A stretch of DNA of 64,000 nucleotides from Octopus vulgaris (taxonomy: Eukaryota). Position 1 is the first letter of the stretch, and the number at the start of each line of letters is the position of its first letter. The DNA lies in NCBI GenBank assembly GCA_951406725.2, contig OX597836.1:13888001-13952000 (forward strand), in the 5' to 3' direction. The translations under genes and the position numbers were made by a program. This document shows positions 40,430 to 51,620 of this stretch, piece after piece. Under the pieces are notes generated by a model, which saw only the letters and a program-made list of their open reading frames with translations, made no database searches and had not been told where the DNA came from.

Positions 40430-40788
40430 ATGCTTGCTTCCCAACCACACGAGTCCGGGTCCAGTCCCACTGCGTGGCACCTAAGGCAAGTATCTTCTAC
40501 TATAGCCTCGGGGTGACCAAAGTCTTGTGAGTGAATTTCGTAGGCGGAAATTGGAAGAAGCCCGTCGTATATGTGAGTGTGTGTGTATATGTGTGTGTGT
40601 GTTTCTTACTCCACTGTCGCTTGACAGCCGATGCTGGTGTGTTAATGTCCCCGTAACTTAGCGGTTCGGCAAAAGAGACCGATAGAATAAGTACTAGGCT
40701 TACGAAGAATAAGTCCTGGGATCGATTTCTTCAATTAACACCCTTTATGGCAGTGCTCCAGCATGACCGCAGTCAAATGACTGAAACA
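40430..40788 (+). mobile_element. SINE family A, 5'-clipped
   Basis: B-box region, body and tail match the family. Confidence 0.8.
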
Positions 40789-40843
40789 TATATATATATT
40801 AAGCCCGAGGAAACATTGTTTCCAGTTGGCTATATGACACATG

Positions 40844-40916
<73 letters not shown>

Positions 40917-40921
<5 letters not shown>

Positions 40922-41564
40922 CTAATGTAGGATAAAATTTTTTTCGGGAAAAAAATTTTATCAATGGCCAGCATATCAAAAAATACCTTTAAAGGTTAAA
41001 TTTATAAATAATTTACAAAATAAGGGCAAAAGAAAAATTCTAATGCCAAATATGCCGAAAAAAAGACAAAATTGTCAATAACCATTATAATTTATGCGTC
41101 TCGAAACAAACCGATAGAAATTTCTAAAAATCCGTTATTACCGTATTGGTCCCAATTTCGGGGTTAATTCGTAAGAATTTTCCCCTCTTCAGCGATAAAT
41201 ACGTGAGATATAAATGAAATACTTACTCATACCCACGGAAAAAGCAAGCACTAAGTCCTGAGCAGACCTAAGTACCCCAAATATATCCAAAATAGAAAAT
41301 CTTCGGCACATCTCGAGACACGTGTGATTCGAACTAGAAACTTTCACAGAGTGAGAGAATCCGGAAGTGAACACTTTTAATTTATAACTAATGTAGGATA
41401 AAATTTTTTTGGGGAAAAAAATTTTATCAATGGCCAGCATATCAAAAAATACCTTTAAAGGTTAAATTTATAAATAATTTACAAAATAAGGGCAAAAGAA
41501 AAATTCTAATGTCAAATATGCCAAAAAAAAGACAAAATTGTCAATAACCGTTATAATTTATGCG

Positions 41565-41568
<4 letters not shown>
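40917..41568 (-). mobile_element. Non-coding retrozyme/PLE-like unit: 466-bp monomer with 186-bp terminal direct repeat, in (TA)n
   Basis: Direct repeats 40917-41102 and 41383-41568; internal hammerhead. Confidence 0.75.
41138..41198 (-). ncRNA. Type I hammerhead ribozyme, intact core
   Basis: Reverse complement: ttatcg-CTGAAGA-gggg-aa-aattc-ttac-gaatt-aa-cccc-GAAA-ttg-ggac-caa-TA-cggtaa. All three stems form; AUA triplet; predicted cut between 41144 and 41143. Confidence 0.85.
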
Positions 41569-41645
<77 letters not shown>

Positions 41646-41732
41646 GGAAAGAATTCACAAATAAAAAAATGCAGGCAGGTGGTGTAGACAACAAACAGAT
41701 GTATTAGTATAACGCTCGGGAAGTGAATAAGT

Positions 41733-41768
41733 CTTTAACTTTTCGAGCCTACGCTCTTCCACAGAAAG
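41733..41768 (-). ncRNA. Minimal hammerhead motif (variant core)
   Basis: Reverse complement: cttt-CTGTGGA-a-gagc-gtag-gctc-GAAAAGTT-aaag, in module about 41650-41820. Confidence 0.5.
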
Positions 41769-42277
41769 CAACACAGAAAGAAACAAGGAGAGAAAATAAA
41801 GAATGTGTAGTGGCTAGCGAAGGCATGGGACTTAGTGGTTAGGGTAATCGGCTCACGATAGTAAGCTCACGTTGCACCAGTCTACTCAGCTGGCAAAAAT
41901 GAGTCCTACCTGTAATTCAAAGGGCCGGCCTTGTCCCATTCTGTGTCATGCGGAATCTCTCTGAGAACTATGTTAAGGGTACCCGTGTCTGCGGCGTACT
42001 CAGCCACAGCATTACAAACACGGCCTGCACCCCTACCATCACATTCCATGACTACCATTTGGATCGATCAGGTACCGGACAATAATTCTAGATTATTTTT
42101 CCGGCTTTTTTTTACTTAATGTTTGAGAGCAGTTTGGCTCATTTTTAGTATTCTCATTTGTGAGAACATTCGAGTTTATTTCAGATATTCTCATTTTAAA
42201 AATCATCTCTGGTTAATCATTGAGAGGAAGTTGGTGTTGCCTTGGCGGAGGTTTGCGCTCTCTGAATACTCTTATTA

Positions 42278-42354
<77 letters not shown>

Positions 42355-42357
<3 letters not shown>

Positions 42358-42708
42358 TAGTCTTAGTTTTATCACGTGCTTTCACTGCACTACCGAGCGC
42401 AGCTGTGTGTGCAGTGGTTTGTTGTGGTGCTCTTATTTTTACTGTATTGAAAGTGTTTTACGTAGGATGTGTGCGGTGTCTAGTAGTGATTTTTTCTGTA
42501 TGCTATATATACTTGTAAGTCCTGGTGTTTTTGTTATGTATTTGTCTGAATATTTTTTATCATATCTAACACGTCTATTATGATAGGAATTGTTTCTGTT
42601 CTTAGGCTCCACATTCGAGCTACCTTTATTTCCTGATCTTTGTATTTCGAAAGTTTCTCCGCTTCTTTTAGAGAAATGTTGTTTTTTGTTGACATTGATA
42701 CATCGATT
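42355..42708 (-). mobile_element. R4/Dong-type LINE 3' end with (TAA)n tail
   Basis: IIDVSMS..NNISLKEAEKLSKYKD.EIKVARMWSLRTETIPIII (RLE C-terminus), followed by a 3' UTR hairpin CACTGCAC/GTGCAGTG. Confidence 0.75.
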
Positions 42709-42710
42709 AT

Positions 42711-42782
<72 letters not shown>

Positions 42783-42831
42783 CACCACCACCACCACCAC
42801 CACCACCACCACCACCACTACCATCACCACC

Positions 42832-42878
<47 letters not shown>

Positions 42879-42893
42879 GACTACGACTACTAC

Positions 42894-42927
<34 letters not shown>

Positions 42928-43149
42928 CAAACATATATCTATATATAATGCATGTATGATGTGTGTGTGTGTTTCTCCCCCCACTGCTTGACAACCGGTG
43001 GTGGTGTGTTTACGTTCCCGTAACTTAACGACTCGGCAAAAGACACTGATAGAATAAATACTACACTTCAAAAATAATATGCTATTAAAGTCGATTTGTT
43101 TGTCTAAAACCCTCCAGTCAAATGACAGAAACAAGTAAAAGATATATGT

Positions 43150-43210
<61 letters not shown>

Positions 43211-43407
43211 TATTCACTGGAAACTGGAATTTGAACTTTGAGAGTTTTAATTCGTTGAAATGTTAATAATTTAGATAAATCTGACACTTACGATATTGGT
43301 CGTTTTGTAAACAAAATTTGTAGATACCTTCATTCTAAGTTATCACAAACGTGCAAACTTCCAGAAGCATTTTATTTATAGCGAATCAAATAAACAATCA
43401 TATATAC

Positions 43408-43543
<136 letters not shown>

Positions 43544-43808
43544 CTGATGCTCGTTGCTTAGTTTTTCTTGGAGGGCTGGCCGTGATCTGGTAATCTCGGG
43601 ATTGATCAGCCGAAATTACTACGATGATCCGGTTCTTGGCTGGGGACTGGGGGTTTCGAATGTCCTGTCCGTGTTTATTGTGTCGTCTTCTAAGAGTTAT
43701 ACGTTCTTGTCCATGTTGTATTTTTCTACATACCTTAACATATATTCCAGGCGCCCCGTACCCCCCTTAACATTAATGTGAGCACATATTCTTAATAATT
43801 GGTACGAC

Positions 43809-43880
<72 letters not shown>

Positions 43881-43930
43881 CGTTAGCTACTACACGCATT
43901 TTTTCTCTCTTTGTTTTTTTTTTTCTGTGT

Positions 43931-43970
43931 ATCTTTCTGTCGAAGAGCGTAGGCTCGAAACGTAAAAGAT
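43931..43970 (+). ncRNA. Minimal hammerhead motif (variant core)
   Basis: atcttt-CTGTCGA-a-gagc-gtag-gctc-GAAAC-GTA-aaagat: 6-bp stem I, 4-bp stem II, loopless palindromic stem III ACGT. Confidence 0.65.
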
Positions 43971-44083
43971 TTTTTTATTCCTGAGCGCTATACTAATACA
44001 TTTGTTTGTTTGTACTCCACCTGCCTTCGTCTTTTGTTTATTTTCGTAAACTTTCCCTTTATATATATATATATATATACATA

Positions 44084-44365
44084 CTAGCAGTATAGCCCAG
44101 CGTTGCTCGGGCTTTTTTTTTTTTTTCGACCCTTTTGAATTGGAATTTTTGAAAAGTAAAAATTTTGCATTATGTAGCTTGTTAGTCTCTTTAAGTGAAT
44201 ATTTTTCTGGTTGAAATACACCGAAAAATGGCGACACAGCAGTAAAAAAATCGTAACAAAAGGCACGTTTTTGATGTAAATAATTTTTGGTGTTAACATG
44301 GTCCAATTTGAATTTTATCTTCTATGGAATGAAGAGCAAGCCTTCTTCTATCATACTCTCGATTT
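44084..44365 (-). mobile_element. Non-autonomous Helitron 3' end
   Basis: Reverse complement ends GCCCGAG-CAACG-CTGGGC hairpin, short spacer, CTAG|T. A related segment lies in the opposite orientation at about 45425-45560. Confidence 0.7.
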
Positions 44366-45006
44366 TGTGTGTGCATATGTATGTAGGTACTATGTGCTAC
44401 TGTATGTGTGTGTGTGTGTGTGTGGTGCTAGTGTATGTGTATGTGTGTGTGTTAGTGCGTATGTGTACATGCGTTCGCGTGTGAGCATATAACTGAAAGT
44501 AGGCGTACTTGAATGTGTATGTGCTCATGTTTTTATGCATGTGTGTGTGTGTGTGTGTTTGTGTATATGCGTGTGTGCTTACGTGTGTGCGCGGGTGCGT
44601 ATATGTATGTAGGTACTTACGTAAGTGCTAGTACGTGTGTGTGTGCATGCTTGTGTGTGTATGCGTATATGTGTGCACCGGTGAGTATAAGTACGAAAGC
44701 ATGAGTGTTTGAGTGCGTGTGTACTCATGTCCTTGTGCGCGCGCGCATAAACACATGTCTATGAAACGTAGCGATGCAAAGAGCAAAGGCTGTGCGCATT
44801 AAAACAGCCAGGTTGTTTTTAGAAGTGTTCGCCGGATTTGTGAGGTTTTGTTTAGTCTGTGAACCGTACGAAGAACGGGTGTGGTTTGCTCGTGTGTATG
44901 TGCGTGGTGTCGAGTGTTTGTGCGTGTGTGTATACATGCATACATATATATATATATATACATATATATATGTATGTATGTATATATATATATATATATA
45001 TATATA

Positions 45007-45216
45007 CTCTCTTTACTCTCTTTTACTTGTTTCAGCCATTTGACTGCGGCCATGCTGGAGCACCGCCTTTAGTCGAGCAAATCGACCCCGGGACTTATTC
45101 TTTGTAAGCCCAGTACTTATTCTATCGGTCTCTTTTGCCGAACCGCTAATTGACGGGGACGTAAACACACCAGCATCGGTTGTCAAGCAATGCTAGGGGG
45201 ACAAACACAGACACAA

Positions 45217-45249
<33 letters not shown>

Positions 45250-45414
45250 CATATATATGACCGGCTTCTTTCAGTTTCCGTCTACCAAATCCACTAACAA
45301 AGCTTTGGTCGGCCCGGGGCTATAGCAGAAGACACTTGCCCAAAGTGCCACGCAGTGGGACTGAACCCGGAACAATGTGGTTGGTTAGCAAGCTACTTAC
45401 CACACAGCCACTCC
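45007..45414 (-). mobile_element. SINE family A, full-length
   Basis: Matches the family consensus. Confidence 0.9.
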
Positions 45415-45589
45415 ATATATATATATATATAAAGCTGAAGTTGTCTGTGTGTGGCAGGTTTGGTAGCCTTCAACTAACACTATCTCCTCCGAGACCACGC
45501 GGCACAAGTTGACCAGAATTGAGAGTATGATAGAAGAAGGCTTGCTCTTCCTTCCGTAGAATCAAACAATCACTAATAGCCTTCTTTTT

Positions 45590-46144
45590 GAAGAGCTCGA
45601 GTTTAGGGAAGGTTTTCAGTGCTTCATTTTGGTCCAACTACTGCGAAGAACGTTTTTATTTATTATTGTACAGAATCCACTTTTCATCGCAAGTTACAAT
45701 ACAGTCGAGAAATGGATCGGTCTGGTTACGGCGAAGAAGCGACGAGCAAATTTCATATCTGCGCATTTTCTGATTTGCACTCAACACCTGTGGTACCCAT
45801 TTGTCGAGATTTTTTGATTTTCCGATCACCTCCAAATGATTACAGGCAGTTTTCTGGCTAACTTAAAGTTCTTTTGCCAATTCTCGAGTGGTTTTACGTG
45901 GATCTTTCTCAATGACGGTCTTTAATTGACCATCATCGATGACAGATGGGTGTCCACTACGCTCACGATCTTCAAGACTCAGGTCTTCACTGTGAAATCG
46001 TTTAAACCATTTTCGAGCTGACCACTCACTGGTCATTTTCTCACCAAACGTTTCATTGATATCGCGAGTAGTTTCAGCTGCTTCACGCCCTTTCTTGAAG
46101 TTGAATAGCAAAATTGCTCGAATATCGCGCTTTGACAGTTCCAT
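45590..46144 (-). pseudogene. Mariner transposase N-terminal half, frameshifted
   Basis: MELSKRDIRAILLFNFKKG...WFKRFHSEDLSLEDRERSGHP...TTRELAKEL, then LDKWVPQVL...FLDCIVTCDEKWILYNN. Confidence 0.9.
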
Positions 46145-46465
46145 TTCAGTTGATTGTAACAATGGTGAAAAAAAAATCAATGTTAATTTATTGACGCGTT
46201 TGTCAGAATTATCAGAGAATTGCAAAAAAATGTTTTAAAAAATGTTAAACTCCTGATATGTTTCTATCTATCTATCTATCTATCTTTTTTTTTTCTGTTT
46301 TTACGATCCCTTTTGATCGAAAACCTACCCCCCCCTTTTCTCCCTAAAAAGAAAAGCTCTACTTTGTAATTTGTCCTCTCTGTGTTTAGCCCTGTGTGGC
46401 TAATAAAGACACATATCTATCTATCTATCTATATATATATATATCTATCTATCTATCTATCTATC

Positions 46466-46563
<98 letters not shown>

Positions 46564-46976
46564 TCAGGTTGAGTAAAACGTAAGCAACGTTTTGAATCAT
46601 GAAGAATTTGTACCGAATTTTTGCAGAATTTCGAATTTTTTAAAACTTTTTTTGCAATTGTCTGAAAATACTTACCGAAATACATAAAAAAAATAACATT
46701 GATATTTTTTTCACCGTTGTCACAATCATCTGAAATTGTGATATTCGAGTAATTTTGCTATTCAACTTTAAAAAAGGACGTAAAGCAACTGAAACTGCCT
46801 TTGGGTGTTAATTATGATTTTATTCAACATATTCCCCTCTCAGATTCACACACTTATTGCAGCAGTCCTTCGGTTTTTCTAAGCTTTTTAGAAGAACTCA
46901 GAAAGCTGGGCCTTTCGCGACACCCTTAAAACCAGGAATTTATCAGCATCCCCTCGTGTGCGTATATGTCCGTGCG

Positions 46977-47062
<86 letters not shown>

Positions 47063-47239
47063 TGTGTGTGTGTGAGCGAGTGTGTGTGAGTGTGTGTGTG
47101 TGTGTGAGTGAGTGTGTGTGCGTGTGAGTGAGTGAGTGTGTGTGTGTGTGTGAGTGAGTGTGTGTGTATGTGTGTGTGTGTGAGTGTGTGTGTGTGTGTG
47201 TGAGTGTGTGTGTGTGTGTGTGTGTGAGTGAGTGTGTGT

Positions 47240-47282
<43 letters not shown>

Positions 47283-47958
47283 TGTGTGTACGTGTGTGTG
47301 TGTGTGTGTGTTTGCTTGGAATCTTGGATTGGGTGTTCCAAGTGCATTTCAAAAACATGAACACATGACCAGAGATATTTATCAACGCATTTTACAACCG
47401 TTACTAATTACGATCGTCGATCAACGCGGATTAGGTTTTTTTTTGCTGGCCTTTGCTTGTGTGCTGCATATAGGGCATAGCAGATGTTATATTTGCGACA
47501 CTTCCGCACCCTAATGGAGAACGAAAACAATTCCAAATTACATCGATGTCATTGGTGGAGAGATACAACATGAAATTAAGGACGGAGCAAAGCTAATAGC
47601 AGGGTAGAGAGTAGGGGTTCTTGGCGCAGTAGGGTGACATGCATATAAGTAGAGGCCGATTGAAGGAGAGAAAATACATATAGAAATAGATAAATAAATA
47701 TATAATAAGATTTAGTCATTTTTTATGTTGTTGACATTTCCAAATTTGGTCAATTTGAATAAATTCGTGTGTAGTGGCGAGAAAGCGGAACCGAATGCTT
47801 CGAGCTTCTCCTGTCATGTGAGCAGAGTAGATGTCTTTTTGTTTTTGTTTTTTTCAGCAACCCGTGTGATGCAGTACACTTCCGTACTGCGTATCTTTAG
47901 CAGGTGTGCCCACATACAGATTCACATACTCACACGCAAACACGTGCACACACACACA

Positions 47959-47998
<40 letters not shown>

Positions 47999-48064
47999 TG
48001 CGTATATATGTGTGTGTGCATGTGAGTGTATGTATACATATGTATGTATGTATGTATGTATGTC

Positions 48065-48100
<36 letters not shown>

Positions 48101-48110
48101 TGTATGTATG

Positions 48111-48165
<55 letters not shown>

Positions 48166-48207
48166 ATAAATATCAAAGTGAGTTATATACAGTAGCGGTA
48201 ACACATC

Positions 48208-48385
48208 GTGACGTATTTTTGCCATTTCAATATGGCTAACCCCTAAGGGTGGATGCTACTGTAGTTTTTAGCCCCAGAAGGACACACTCCTCTATGGCCA
48301 GCTGGAGGAGTGTGTCCTCCTGGGGCTAAAAACTACAGTAGCATCCACCCTTAGGGGTTAGCCATATTGAAATGGCAAAAATACG

Positions 48386-48389
<4 letters not shown>
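48208..48389. repeat. Near-perfect palindrome (85-bp arms) abutting (TA)n
   Basis: Arms 48208-48292 and 48305-48389 differ at one position. Confidence 0.95.
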
Positions 48390-48469
<80 letters not shown>

Positions 48470-48720
48470 ATAAATATAAATTTATAAATAAGGATAATAT
48501 CGATATTTAAATATTGATCTTATCAAGTGGCCGGCATGGGAATAAATACCATACAAAGGTAATAATTATTTAAAACTATAAATAAGGGTATCTGAGAGAC
48601 ACCACCATGCCGAAATAGCAGTCAAGACCCCGACTCCAAAAAACACCTTGAATGTTCATATCGCGCCACGAGATAAGACAGAGAGACAAAACAAACTAGC
48701 AAAAAAGATTTTACTGGATA

Positions 48721-48779
48721 ATTCAAGATCCTGGATTTCTGACTTTGCTTCCAATAAGCTCTGCCTTCGTCAGTTGAAT
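48721..48779 (-). ncRNA. Type I hammerhead ribozyme motif
   Basis: Reverse complement: attcaa-CTGACGA-a-ggc..gctt-attgg-aagc..gtc-a-GAAA-tccagga-TC-ttgaat. 6-bp stem I, palindromic stem III ATCC(A)GGAT, AUC triplet. Confidence 0.75.
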
Positions 48780-49077
48780 ATACCAGATAGGTACATAAAT
48801 ACAAATATATATACAGAACATACATTATACTTACATATACGAACGTCCTTACATATGTATGCACGTATGTACAAGACCAGTCCAAAAATATTTACTCTAC
48901 GCTAACTGCAGTGAATTTGCTTTTAAGCAGTTGAAATATGTCAGAAACATTTTAATTAACTTAAATTTTGCTTATGCCTAAACACTGCTTGGCGCTAATA
49001 TTTCGTTATGTGTGTGTGTGTATGTATGTGTGTATTACCATCGAAAATGCATAGTATCTCTCTCTTTGTCTTTCTCA

Positions 49078-49129
<52 letters not shown>

Positions 49130-49547
49130 GTAAATGTAATTGCTTTTCCAAATAATATTGCACTCCATTTATGAAGCTCTGATGAAGTTATGGTGTAATA
49201 CACAAGCACTCCATTATGAGTACATTGCATCTTACAGCAGAAACAGCCGTATGCTAATGGCATTTCTAGCATAATTTCTTATTCCCTTAGGAATAGGTAG
49301 ATAGGAAAGTAGGTAGGTAGGTAAGTAGGTAGGTAGATAGGGAGGCAGGGAGAGAGGTAGGTAGGTAGGTAGGACGGTATGCACATAATTATATATACAT
49401 ATATATACTTTAGGTGGTCGGAAAATAGCAGGATATTAAGGAAATTTGTTTTTAATGATTCAATACAGAAGACCAGTGTGTGTATTTTCCTTTGTGATAG
49501 AGCGGTTCTTGCATCTGTATCTGGGTGCAATCATCGCATTCAACCAC

Positions 49548-49593
<46 letters not shown>

Positions 49594-49961
49594 GTGGCCA
49601 TAAACTTTCGAATCATCTGAAGGAACGCTCAGATTTCAAATTGACGGAAATGTAGAGGCACTTGCATCGGGTTTGATGTGAACCTCACAAAGTGCATCGA
49701 ACTTTTGCATCGCTAATGACGGAAGCCATGGCTGGAAATGTTATTCGTTCATGGAAGTGGAATAAAATTATTGAGCAGATGCAGTTTTGACTGACTGTGT
49801 AGCCATTCTTTACAGGTCGCTCTGTGCATACACCCCCACCACAAACACACGTATGTATGTATGTGTGTATGTATGTGTGTATGTGTGTGAGCATGTATGT
49901 ATGTATGTATGTATGTATGTATGTATGTATGTATGTATGTATGTATTTATGTATGTATGTA

Positions 49962-49992
<31 letters not shown>

Positions 49993-50399
49993 ATGTATGT
50001 ATGTATGTATGTGTGTGTGTGTGTATGTATGTATGTATGCATGTATGTATGTATGTATGTATGTATGTATGTATGTATGTATGTATGTATGTATGTATGT
50101 ATGTATGCATGCATGCATGTATGTATGCATGTATGTATGTATGTATGTATGTATGTATGTATGTATGTATGTATGTATGTGTGCGTGTATGTATGTATGC
50201 ATGTATGTATGTATGTATGTATGTATGTGTATGTATGTATGTATGTATGTATGTATGTATGTATGTATGTATGTATGTATGCATACATGTATGTATAGGC
50301 TAAAAGCTCCTTAAGACACGACGAAATTACAATATTTTCACCAGTTTCCAGTCATGTTAGCAAAGCGCGAAACCGGTAGACTATATAAATATTCTATCT

Positions 50400-50720
50400 T
50401 ATAAGGATGTTTTGCAAACAACTTGTACATGCAATTGCTACCAGTCGAGAACTCCGCATACCGGAAGCTAGCAGGTGTATGGGGTCATCAGGAGAGAATG
50501 CGCACCGTTTCGAGGTCTATCTTTCGACGGCATCAATGCGCACCGGCCCTCCTCACTGATATGAGGCTCCGCTTGCTAGATCAACTGGTTATCAAATAAA
50601 GCTCAGTATTCTTCTAGCCATCACTCATCGTCTCTTTTTAACAAAATCCAGTGGCTAGCCTTCTCCACTGTAGTTTGGATATCGGTCAGGGTGATATTTA
50701 CTTTACGATGAGTTAGGCCT
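50400..50720 (-). mobile_element. HERO/NeSL-like RLE LINE 3' end
   Basis: Reverse complement translates GLTHRKVNITLTDIQTTVEKASHWILLKRDDE*W, resembling the E(K/R)AS.W(L/I)WLKR C-terminus of HERO elements, followed by a structured 3' UTR. Confidence 0.6.
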
Positions 50721-50779
50721 AACGATAACAACATATATATATAATATAAACAGGGGTTTGACAAAATAATGGAAACTCC

Positions 50780-50821
<42 letters not shown>

Positions 50822-50865
50822 CATACATACATACATACATACATACATACATACATACATACATA

Positions 50866-51620
50866 CAGGGGCTGGACAAAATAATGGAAACACCTTAAAA
50901 TTTCAAACAAATTTATTTTAATATGTGGTAGAACCGCCTTTGGCAGTAATTACAGCTTGAATTCTATGATGTATGTATTCGTACAAAGTTTGAATTTTTT
51001 CCAAAGGAATTTTTGTCCATTCTTCAGTTAAAACAGTCTCCAGTTCTTGTAGTGATGATGGTGGAGGATATCAACTCCTTACTTGTTTTTCTAAAATGCA
51101 CCATAAATGTTCAATAATATTGAGATCTGGGGACTGTGGTGGCCAGATAAGATGTTCAACTTCACAAGAATGTTCCTCGTGCCATTCAGTAACAACTTTT
51201 GCTGTGCGAGTTGGTGCATTAACATCCTGAAAGATTGCGTTTCCCTCCGGAAACAGGTCCGCAACCATAGGATGAATTTGATCAGATAAAATGCTTAAAT
51301 AGTCTTGACTGTTAATTCTGCCATGAAGGGAAACCATTGGGCCAGTGGATTTCCAAGATATGTCCCCCACCCCACCCCGATCATCACAGATCCTCCTCCA
51401 TGTTTAACAATTGAAAGAAGGCAGTCTGGGTCAAATGCTTCTTTTGACTGTCTCTACACGTATACTCGGCCGGTGGTCGGAAATATGGTAAAGGCTGACT
51501 CGTTCTAGAAAATAACATTCTTCCACTGCTCTAGGGACCAATTCTGTAGGTTTTTTACTCCACTCTAAACGCTTTGCAATGTTTGTTTTTGAAAGTAGTG
51601 GTTTTCTGATTGCAGCCCTC
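50866..51620 (-). mobile_element. Tc1 transposase fragment with TIR
   Basis: TIR CAGGGGCTGGACAAAATAATGGAAACACCTT (second partial copy at 50751); IFQDVNAPTRT...WPPQSPDLNIIEHLW. Confidence 0.9.

Noticed and set aside
48526-48536. GGCCGGCATGG identical to the start of the HDV genomic ribozyme
   Set aside because: No P2/P3/P1.1 nested pseudoknot can be built downstream; likely coincidence.
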